Shown here: in pieces, positions 46,686-54,751 of the stretch
Position numbering within the stretch: the stretch's first letter is position 1
How the letters are laid out: each line of letters begins with the position of its first letter
Assembly (NCBI GenBank): GCA_964391315.1
Contig: CAYMJR010000007.1
Location: forward strand, 1-62,122
Length of the DNA: 62,122 nucleotides
Reading direction: 5' to 3'
DNA from: an uncultured Gammaproteobacteria bacterium
Lineage (GTDB): Bacteria > Patescibacteriota > Microgenomatia > Levybacterales > UBA12049
Position numbers and translations under genes: made by a program
Notes under the pieces: model-generated
Told to the model about the DNA's origin: nothing
Seen by the model: only the letters and a program-made list of their open reading frames with translations
Database searches by the model: none

Positions 46686-47291
46686 GTGATAAAACGAATA
46701 GCAGTTCTCGTATCTCTCGTAGTTGTTCTTTCTGTAGCAGCAGTTCCTGCATATGCACAGACAACAACACCTACACCTAATCAAGGATTATTTTCAAAAG
46801 TCACACATTTTTTTGGTAATTTGTTTCACCATGGAAATGGGGAACAAACACAAGCTACTGAAGGCACTATGCAACCTGGAGAGCCTAATCCTTCTATGAG
46901 TCCAATGCCAAGTGGCATGCCAGATATGCAGCAAATGCAACAGCATAGACTCAGTTTGCTCGTCAAACAAGGCAAAATTACTCAAGCGCAAGCCGATGCA
47001 ATTCTTGCTGAGTTACTCAAAGTTCAAAACGAGCTCAAGACTTGGGCAGCCTCTCAGGGAATTAACCCAATGTATGTCTTTGGTGGTATGGAGCCCGGAA
47101 TGAGTGGCGAAAATACCATGATGCGACAAAGAGGTCAAGATGGTCAAAATTCTGGACAGAATTGGGGACAAGGCCAAGGTGGTCAAACACAAGGTCAGGG
47201 ACAAATGCATCCTATGATGAGACCAAACGGTCAAAACCAACAAGAAGGTCAATTTGGTGGACAACAACATACGCAACCAAATCAATACTAA
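46686..47291 (+). CDS. Secreted Met/Gln/Gly-rich low-complexity protein
   Basis: SD AAGGAGGTGA (46671-46680), GTG 46686, signal peptide ending PAYA/Q. MQPGEPNPSMSPMPSGMPDMQQMQQH, GMEPGMSGENTMM, GQMHPMMRPNG. Confidence 0.5.
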   Translation: MIKRIAVLVSLVVVLSVAAVPAYAQTTTPTPNQGLFSKVTHFFGNLFHHGNGEQTQATEGTMQPGEPNPSMSPMPSGMPDMQQMQQHRLSLLVKQGKITQAQADAILAELLKVQNELKTWAASQGINPMYVFGGMEPGMSGENTMMRQRGQDGQNSGQNWGQGQGGQTQGQGQMHPMMRPNGQNQQEGQFGGQQHTQPNQY

Positions 47292-47308
47292 ATTATTGGT
47301 TATCTTGC

Positions 47309-47341
47309 AAAAAAGGATACTCTTATCGAGTGTCCTTTTTT
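47309..47341. terminator. Bidirectional intrinsic terminator
   Basis: A6, GGATACTC (47315-47322), loop TTATC, GAGTGTCC (47328-47335), T6. 8-bp stem with one G-U. Lies between convergent genes. Confidence 0.6.
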
Positions 47342-47351
47342 AGTGGGAATT

Positions 47352-47909
47352 TTAGAGAGGTTTTTCAAAATGCTGATAATCGATTAAATGGGTAAACTCG
47401 CCACCCCAACCCCATCCGTGTTTTTTAAAAAACTCCACAATTTGATCATCTGCAACAATCGCGCCAGGAGCTGACGGATTATAAATAGCACCTTGAGGTT
47501 CAACAAAATCACCGTCGATATATGGATTAGTTCGAGGATTGATATCAATCGCTCGACCATATCCATGATTTGATATCTTAGTTTTACGTGTATTATATCG
47601 ATAATTAAACCCCGCTGTATTATTGTCTGCAACAGAAATACTATCTGACCAATGATATTTTGGATCAGCAACAGGAATCATTTTCTCAATTGGAAAACGT
47701 AGCTCATACATAAAGGAAAAGGCATCTTGGACATCCTGCATTACTTCTTCTGCCACAACGATTTGTCCCTTATGGACTTTTCCATCAAATGAATGATAGA
47801 TAATATCTAACAATCGTTGTTTTTGTATAATTTCTTCAGGACAAATAAAATCAGGATTCTGTTTTAGTGCTTCTTCCAGAGTCAATTGTGAATCAATAAT
47901 ATAACTCAT
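47352..47909 (-). CDS. M15-family D-Ala-D-Ala carboxypeptidase/dipeptidase (VanY-like)
   Basis: HGYGRAIDINP (H-x6-D) and GWGWGGEF..LIDYQHFE (E/H zinc site). Confidence 0.8.
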   Translation of the reverse strand: MSYIIDSQLTLEEALKQNPDFICPEEIIQKQRLLDIIYHSFDGKVHKGQIVVAEEVMQDVQDAFSFMYELRFPIEKMIPVADPKYHWSDSISVADNNTAGFNYRYNTRKTKISNHGYGRAIDINPRTNPYIDGDFVEPQGAIYNPSAPGAIVADDQIVEFFKKHGWGWGGEFTHLIDYQHFEKPL

Positions 47910-47917
47910 AAAAATAA

Positions 47918-48598
47918 CTATCTTCTAATCCTATCAGGATAGTCGCTAATTATACCATCAACTCCTAGGGATTTTAACTTTTTTATTTCATCCAATTTAT
48001 TAACAGTATAAACAAAAACCTTGAGTCCTTTCTCATGTGCCTTCTCAACAACTGATTTGTTAACGAATAATTTATAAAGATTTATGGAATATGCACCAAG
48101 TGCAATATACCGGTCATACTGGATAAATAAACCAACAATAAGTGCTCCAATCCTTACATTTGGCAACAATCGTTTGAACTCCTGCAACTCCTGATGATTA
48201 AATGATGAAACCAAAAAATCATCATACTTCCATCCTTTTTTAGCAACATGTTCTTTAATAATATTGCTAACCGGTACAGTACATCCTTGTTCTTTTAATT
48301 CAATATGTACCTGGGCTTTTTTATTAACTAGGTCCAATACTTCTTGAAGGGTTGGAATTTTTTCTCCGTTTCCTGCCTCAAGTTGTTTGAGTTCCTGAAG
48401 TGTTTTATGTGAAACAAAGCCTTTGCCGTTTGTCGTTCTGTTAACTGTTTTGTCATGCATCAAAACAACTGCGTTGTCTTGCGAAATATGCACATCAAAT
48501 TCAATAGCATCAGCACCAAGTTCTATAGCCTTCTGAATCGAAGATAATGTATTTTCTGGTTCATAACCGCGGGCTCCGCGATGACCAATTATTACCAT
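47918..48598 (-). CDS. Glycerophosphodiester phosphodiesterase
   Basis: VIIGHRGARGYEPENT, AIEFDVH, VLMHD, IPTLQEVL, ISDYPD. Confidence 0.85.
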   Translation of the reverse strand: MVIIGHRGARGYEPENTLSSIQKAIELGADAIEFDVHISQDNAVVLMHDKTVNRTTNGKGFVSHKTLQELKQLEAGNGEKIPTLQEVLDLVNKKAQVHIELKEQGCTVPVSNIIKEHVAKKGWKYDDFLVSSFNHQELQEFKRLLPNVRIGALIVGLFIQYDRYIALGAYSINLYKLFVNKSVVEKAHEKGLKVFVYTVNKLDEIKKLKSLGVDGIISDYPDRIRR

Positions 48599-48655
48599 AA
48601 ACTAATTATAATACTAATGTTTCATAACACCAAAATAATATGATATTATCCTAAG

Positions 48656-49699
48656 ATGGAAACACATAAGCAATATAATGCAACAGCGGATATTTTACGC
48701 ATTGTTGCGATTTTAGCTGTTATTATTATTCACACGACAACAAAAACATTACAAGCTTCAACCTTATCTGTACAAGACATTCCATTTACAATTTTTCTTA
48801 ATCAAATTTTCAGACTCGCCGTACCATTATTTTTTATTATTTCTGGATTTGTTCTCGAGCTTAATTATCATCTCCATGAGAACTATGTGACATATCTACG
48901 AAAGAGATTAAGCCGTATTTTCATTCCTTATGTTTTTTGGAGCACTATTTATTATTTTTTGGTATATACACATCATACCCACCACTTCTTCAGTTCTCTT
49001 CTTACAGGCGATGCTTCGTATCAACTCTATTTTATTCCAGCACTTTTTATTTTTTATCTAATTTTTCCAGTAATTCATAAATATATTAAAATTATTGGCA
49101 ACCTCTGGATTATAACTTTACTTTTTATTGTCCAATTACTATTACTCTATACAGATTATCACGTCCAGGAACTTCCTTTCTTTGATCCGTTAAGAATCGT
49201 ACTATTAAATTATTTTTCATTTATTCTTGGCGTATTTTTCGCGAGAAATCATGCCATTCTTTCCCAGATAATAAAAAAGATGAAAGTTTATTTATTTGTT
49301 GGAGCAATTATTTTTGGCAATATTACTTTTTATGAGGGGATAAACGGATACGTAACGACGCATAATTATCTTATGCTTTATTCGCAATGGAGACCAAGTG
49401 TCTTAGTTTACACGCTTTTTCTGGGGGGATTTTTATATTGGGTATTTGATATGAATATTACTCATGTTTCTCTTATTAAAAAGATTAAAAAATTGTCTCG
49501 ACTTTCTTTTTTTGTATTTTTTATTCACGTAATCATTCTTGAAATGTTATGGAATTTATTTGGGTCAAAAATTTTCCAGATGAAGTTTGTACAACACTTA
49601 TGGTGGGATCCATCCTTATTTGTTGCAGTAGCTCTCATATCGTTTTTAGTTGCCTATATTGCTCACAAAGTTCCTCATCTTGCAAAAATTACTGGATAA
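48656..49699 (+). CDS. Acyltransferase family 3 membrane protein
   Basis: ADILRIVAILAVIIIHTT start, about 10 TM helices. Second member in the window. Confidence 0.75.
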   Translation: METHKQYNATADILRIVAILAVIIIHTTTKTLQASTLSVQDIPFTIFLNQIFRLAVPLFFIISGFVLELNYHLHENYVTYLRKRLSRIFIPYVFWSTIYYFLVYTHHTHHFFSSLLTGDASYQLYFIPALFIFYLIFPVIHKYIKIIGNLWIITLLFIVQLLLLYTDYHVQELPFFDPLRIVLLNYFSFILGVFFARNHAILSQIIKKMKVYLFVGAIIFGNITFYEGINGYVTTHNYLMLYSQWRPSVLVYTLFLGGFLYWVFDMNITHVSLIKKIKKLSRLSFFVFFIHVIILEMLWNLFGSKIFQMKFVQHLWWDPSLFVAVALISFLVAYIAHKVPHLAKITG

Positions 49700-49765
49700 A
49701 TCTTCTAATTGCAGTATAGAAATTATAAGCATATACTTAAATTGCTGAGTAGATGAAACACTACT

Positions 49766-52339
49766 ATGTTTTCACTTAATCACATAAAAGATTTTTATCG
49801 AAGAAATAGACTGAGCTTGTCACTGACTGGAATTGTCTTTCTTGCTATAGGAAGTTTTATTACTATTTCTTTTGCTACTCATTATTCCCAAACAGTGCTA
49901 AACTACGCAGCAGCTCCTGCAAAAAAGTCTTCTCTTTCAAACACTATAAAACAACCAAAGCCAGTAACAGATATGGAAAAACTGGAAAAATACCTAACTG
50001 TTGAAGCAGCGTTATTAGGGGTATCAGATAACGTTAGCCTTTATTTTGAAGATCTTAATCTACACAAAGAAATTACTATTGATCCAACACGTTCCTGGAT
50101 TCCCGCAAGTACAATTAAAGCTTATGTTGCTTTAGAAGCGTTCAGGCAACGAAGTGTCGGGCTTATTGATTTTAACCAGGTGGTAACCATTAAAGCGCAA
50201 AATGTTGTACCGACAGAACTTGAGACTAGTGACTATCCCATGCTTCGGCAAGGTACACAAGCCACAATCAAACAATTAGTAGAAGCAATGGTTACTCAAA
50301 GCGATAACACTGCATATAATACATTACTCGACATTCTTGACAGACGTAGTATTAATGCAACGCTTCAAAGTCTTGGTTTTACTGAAACAGTTGTCGGCGA
50401 GAAATTAAATCTTGATGATGAACAATTTCAACAGGATCTTGCTGAACCAGGCAGACAACCAAATACAACGACTGTCAAGGATTTAGCTTACCTTTTTGAG
50501 CTTTTATATACCAAACAAGTCCCTGACTCTGAGGAATTACTTTCTATTTTTAAGCGCCAAAAAATCAATTCGATGCTACCTGCACTAATTCCTGCAAGTA
50601 CCGAAATCGCTCATAAAACAGGGGATTGGGCACCTATATATCACGATGGTGGGTTAATTTATAAAAGTGATGATCCTTTTATTTTTGTTGTCTTTACTAA
50701 TAGTAACGATCCCACGATTATTGCCAAACTCGCTCACGTTGCATACTATCAAACGCCTGAAAGTATCGGACAAAATCTTGATCGTGATAAAGCAATGATT
50801 CCGACTTCACACTTCATCACAAGCAACTCACTTCTGACACCAGTTAATCCAAATGTACTTGGAGCAAAAACAGCAATCACCAGCTCTCAGAAATATGTCG
50901 TGCAGGAAGGAGATAGTCTTTCATCGATAGCAAGCAAATTCTATGGTGATGCAAATCGATGGCCAGATATTGCAAGACGGAATTACTTATCAAGCCCGAC
51001 CGATATTATTCCCGGACAAACCCTTATTATTCCATCAGTAAAAGTTGTCCAACAGGGAAGTTATATTATGTCTCCTGAAATCAGCGCGGCAGATTTAGGC
51101 ATCACCTCTTCTGACTTAACTGTTGATACAGTTGATGCAAAAAATTTTCGTGGTGCCGCAATCCTTCCTGGTTCTCCATTTTATCAACTAAAACTATCAT
51201 TGGAATCACTTGCAATCGCAGGCGCGATGACACCAACTGACAAAGTGAATGCATATCTTGCATTTGCAAATAGTAGATTATCAGAAGTAAAGACATTACT
51301 GTCTCAAGGAAATACTCAAGATGTAGATGAACTGCTTACTGAATCTGACAATGCGTTATCTAGTGCAGTCTCTCTTGCAAAAAGTAGTGATGTTCCCCAA
51401 GAGGAATTTATTAAAATTAAGAAAGTCAATGACCTCCACTTTGCCGTACTTGCAGAAAACATTTCTCATGTTCCATCTCAAGATAAAGTGAAAATGATAG
51501 ACACTATTTATAACTTCTACAAAAAAATTAAGACTGTTGTCACTCCTGTGTTAAAGGCATCCGTAGTGAATAACCCCATTTCACAAGAACCAATTATCGG
51601 AACCGTTGATTCTGTTCATGATAATACCGCAACAATCAAATTTGATAATGGACAAACAAAAGATGTTACACTGACAACAGAAACGACAGTACGCGATTTC
51701 CATGAACAACTTCCCGATCAAAATTTACAATTACAATCAGGAACAAAAATTGCAGTAATTGAAGAAACAACAAAAGATAACAAGATTATCCCACGATTTA
51801 TTTTACGTAACATTCCTAAAGGTTTACCTGATAGACATGAAGGGACGATTATCCGAGTATTTCCGCAAAAGAATACCTTAGAAATAATAAATAACAAAGG
51901 ACAGAAAGAGGAAGTACATGTAGATAATACTACTGTCATTCGTTCCAAAGATACCGGTGTCTCGCTTGAGGGAATAACACCAGGCTCACAAGTAACCATA
52001 TTTGGAGAACAAAAAGAAAACCAGAATCAAGTCAACCTATTCGTACCAACACAACTACCTACACAAGGTCCAGATAAAGATTATAAAAATGGACCTGGAG
52101 ATAAAAAACCGGATAACAATCATTCCAGTCAAACAAACCAATCAAGCTTTGACACGAAACAAACGACTGTGATAAATGCAACATCAGTTACCGTGACTAA
52201 AAATAGCTCCGGTGCAAAAACACAAGTAATTACACAAACAAGTCCACAACAGGCCCAACCTTCTTCAAATAATAATAGTAACAGCAACAATAACGGAAAT
52301 AATAAAGATTCTTCGAAAAATACAGATAAAGGGAAATAA
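49766..52339 (+). CDS. Membrane-anchored class-A beta-lactamase-fold serine hydrolase + LysM + long C-terminal region with Asn/Ser-rich tail
   Basis: ASTIK (SxxK), QSDNTAYN (SDN), GEKLN (ExxLN), HKTGDW (KTG). LysM YVVQEGDSLSSIASKFYGDANRWPDIARRNY...PGQTLIIP. Tail SSNNNSNSNNNGNNKD. Confidence 0.75.
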   Translation: MFSLNHIKDFYRRNRLSLSLTGIVFLAIGSFITISFATHYSQTVLNYAAAPAKKSSLSNTIKQPKPVTDMEKLEKYLTVEAALLGVSDNVSLYFEDLNLHKEITIDPTRSWIPASTIKAYVALEAFRQRSVGLIDFNQVVTIKAQNVVPTELETSDYPMLRQGTQATIKQLVEAMVTQSDNTAYNTLLDILDRRSINATLQSLGFTETVVGEKLNLDDEQFQQDLAEPGRQPNTTTVKDLAYLFELLYTKQVPDSEELLSIFKRQKINSMLPALIPASTEIAHKTGDWAPIYHDGGLIYKSDDPFIFVVFTNSNDPTIIAKLAHVAYYQTPESIGQNLDRDKAMIPTSHFITSNSLLTPVNPNVLGAKTAITSSQKYVVQEGDSLSSIASKFYGDANRWPDIARRNYLSSPTDIIPGQTLIIPSVKVVQQGSYIMSPEISAADLGITSSDLTVDTVDAKNFRGAAILPGSPFYQLKLSLESLAIAGAMTPTDKVNAYLAFANSRLSEVKTLLSQGNTQDVDELLTESDNALSSAVSLAKSSDVPQEEFIKIKKVNDLHFAVLAENISHVPSQDKVKMIDTIYNFYKKIKTVVTPVLKASVVNNPISQEPIIGTVDSVHDNTATIKFDNGQTKDVTLTTETTVRDFHEQLPDQNLQLQSGTKIAVIEETTKDNKIIPRFILRNIPKGLPDRHEGTIIRVFPQKNTLEIINNKGQKEEVHVDNTTVIRSKDTGVSLEGITPGSQVTIFGEQKENQNQVNLFVPTQLPTQGPDKDYKNGPGDKKPDNNHSSQTNQSSFDTKQTTVINATSVTVTKNSSGAKTQVITQTSPQQAQPSSNNNSNSNNNGNNKDSSKNTDKGK

Positions 52340-52350
52340 GTAGCTATAGC

Positions 52351-53346
52351 TTAATTCGTATCTCTTGGTTCAGGAGGCATACCAAGTAATTCTGAAACTT
52401 TTACAAAAGTAAAGCCTTTTTTCTTAAGTTGTGAAATAATACCTGGTAATGCATCAGCAGTTTTTGGTGATGTTGGAGCACCGTTCATATGAAGAACGAT
52501 AATTGAACCATTTTGCACATTATCAACAACGTTGGAGATAATTTGATTAGTATTTTCATTAAATCCATCTGCTCCCCCAACATCCCAATGCACAACAGTA
52601 TCATCTGCCTGATTGACTAATTTTACATCATCTGGAGTATAACACCCTCCAGGAAAACGGAATAACCTATTATCAATATGGGCGTACTCACGAAGTAATT
52701 TCTCAGTAGCGCCGACTTCTTCAATACGAAGGGTTGATGGAAGTTGTTTAAGTCCATAGCAAAACCCATGATAGGAACTATCAGTATACGAATGGCTACC
52801 TAATTCAAAAAGAGGATTAGCTGATAATTCACCTGTTTCTTTGGGATATAATTCGATCCACATGCCGGTTAAGAATAACGTCGCTTTGGTCTGCGTTTGA
52901 TTGAGAATATCAATAATCTTCTTATTGTATGAAGATTTTACGCGTCCTGCTAACAAATCAGCTTTCATACCATCTGTCATCTCTGCATCAAAAGTTATAG
53001 CAATTTGTTTTTTATCTCTTGGGCCATGAAAGATAACCTTAGGATTATTCGAATCGATTGTCCGATTGTCATAGGGACTTCCTCTCTCAACATATAATTC
53101 TTCTCCTGGTTTTGGAAGTATTACTGTCTGTTTTTCTATTGTCGGTCGAAGACTTAATAAGTTTATTTTCTGAGAAATAAAATAATACACCAAACTAAAT
53201 GTAATAAGTGAGGTTATGCAAACAATAAAGATAGTATAAATCGTATGTCGTGTAAAATCGTGAACTATTGTTTTTATATCTTTTTTAACGAGTCGCTCAG
53301 CATCCTCCATACTCATCATTGTGACAACTATTTGATGAGCAGTCAA
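52351..53346 (-). CDS. Membrane-anchored polysaccharide deacetylase paralog with altered metal-site motif
   Basis: ITFDAEM, FRFPGG, IIVLHMNG as in 3286..4332. The H-x-x-x-H motif reads HSYTD. Confidence 0.75.
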   Translation of the reverse strand: MTAHQIVVTMMSMEDAERLVKKDIKTIVHDFTRHTIYTIFIVCITSLITFSLVYYFISQKINLLSLRPTIEKQTVILPKPGEELYVERGSPYDNRTIDSNNPKVIFHGPRDKKQIAITFDAEMTDGMKADLLAGRVKSSYNKKIIDILNQTQTKATLFLTGMWIELYPKETGELSANPLFELGSHSYTDSSYHGFCYGLKQLPSTLRIEEVGATEKLLREYAHIDNRLFRFPGGCYTPDDVKLVNQADDTVVHWDVGGADGFNENTNQIISNVVDNVQNGSIIVLHMNGAPTSPKTADALPGIISQLKKKGFTFVKVSELLGMPPEPRDTN

Positions 53347-53422
53347 GACATCTTCGAAATTTGAGATAAGCGCGATGAGCCATCGCTGCAGACAAGAAGG
53401 GTTGTAAAGTTAGAAATATCTG

Positions 53423-54634
53423 TTATCGCAATGTTTTGAATGCCGCGCGAAGTTCCTCAGCGAAAATTTCCGGTTCTTCCCATGCAGCAAAGTGACCACC
53501 TTTTTTGGGCTTGTTATAATAAATGAGGCTTTTGTGAGCTTTTTCGGTCCAGCTCTTAGGAGCTTGGTAGAGCTCGTCAGGAAAGGCACTGATGGCAATT
53601 GGAATGGGCACATCGAGCGCCTGGAGCAAGGGGACTTTACCTTCCCAATACATACGAGCTGCAGAGGTGGCTGTATTCGTCAACCAGTAAAGAGTGATAT
53701 TATCGAGTACATCATCTCGAGTGAGCGCACTGGAAGTATTTCCCTCCAACACTTTCCCTATGAACCCTGGCTGGCCTGAACCATCTCCATGATCAGTAAG
53801 CCACGCTGCTAACCCAATGGGTGAATCTGTTAGGCTATAACCTACGGTTTGCGGACGCGTTGACATCATGAGTGCGTAGGCCAGATGCTTTGTCTCAAAA
53901 CGGTGTAACTGCTCATAGGCATGCATCTCATCACCTGAAAGACCAGCTGGAGGTGATCCAACGGGGTTTCGAGCCGCTGCGAGAATTTCAGGTGAAACGA
54001 CAAAGGGTAGGCTACTATGAATACCTGCCAATTCCGGAGGCGCCTGTTTTGCCATCAAATAACTAACGAGTGAACCTACATCCCCACCCTGTGCAACGAA
54101 CCGATTATATCCAAGTCTCTTCATGAGTTCTACCCAGACGCTTGCGACACGTGCATGATCCCAGCCAACTGTTGTTGGCTTATCAGAAAATCCGTAGCCA
54201 GGAATTGAGGGAATCACAACATGAAACGCATCCTCTGCCTTGCCTCCATATGCTATAGGATCGGTAAGTGGTTTAATAATCTTCAACTGTTCTATGATTG
54301 AGCCGGGCCATCCATGCGTGACGATAAGTGGAAGGGCATTTTCATGTTGTGATTTAACGTGAATAAAATGAATATTCAGTCCGTCGATCTCTGTCATGAA
54401 TTGGGGGAGAGCGTTCAATTTTTTCTCAATCTTTCGCCAATCATACTCTTTCGCCCAATAGTCTGCCATTTTCTTCATCATCGCAAGCGGTACACCCTGT
54501 GAGTCGTCATTGACTGTTTCCTTATCAGGCCAACGAGTGTCCATTATGCGTCGGCGAAGATCCTCAAGTGCTTTTTCAGAAACCTCAATATTGAAAGAAT
54601 GAATTTCTTTATTTTCTCCTTGTTTTTTGTTCAT
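53423..54634 (-). CDS. Epoxide hydrolase (microsomal-type, EHN N-terminal domain + alpha/beta hydrolase)
   Basis: LEDLRRRIMDTRWPD, YDWRKIEKKLNALPQF, IHFIHVKS, HGWPGS, GGDVGS. Clearly higher G+C than flanks. Confidence 0.9.
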   Translation of the reverse strand: MNKKQGENKEIHSFNIEVSEKALEDLRRRIMDTRWPDKETVNDDSQGVPLAMMKKMADYWAKEYDWRKIEKKLNALPQFMTEIDGLNIHFIHVKSQHENALPLIVTHGWPGSIIEQLKIIKPLTDPIAYGGKAEDAFHVVIPSIPGYGFSDKPTTVGWDHARVASVWVELMKRLGYNRFVAQGGDVGSLVSYLMAKQAPPELAGIHSSLPFVVSPEILAAARNPVGSPPAGLSGDEMHAYEQLHRFETKHLAYALMMSTRPQTVGYSLTDSPIGLAAWLTDHGDGSGQPGFIGKVLEGNTSSALTRDDVLDNITLYWLTNTATSAARMYWEGKVPLLQALDVPIPIAISAFPDELYQAPKSWTEKAHKSLIYYNKPKKGGHFAAWEEPEIFAEELRAAFKTLR

Positions 54635-54751
54635 GTAAGAAATTTATCGAATTAAAGTAATACAAAAAGAAAAACGACGCATGAATCCTGTAAGTGACAA
54701 ATTTTCTCTTATTGCTTGTTCTCTAAATATGCTATGCTATAGAAGAACTCT

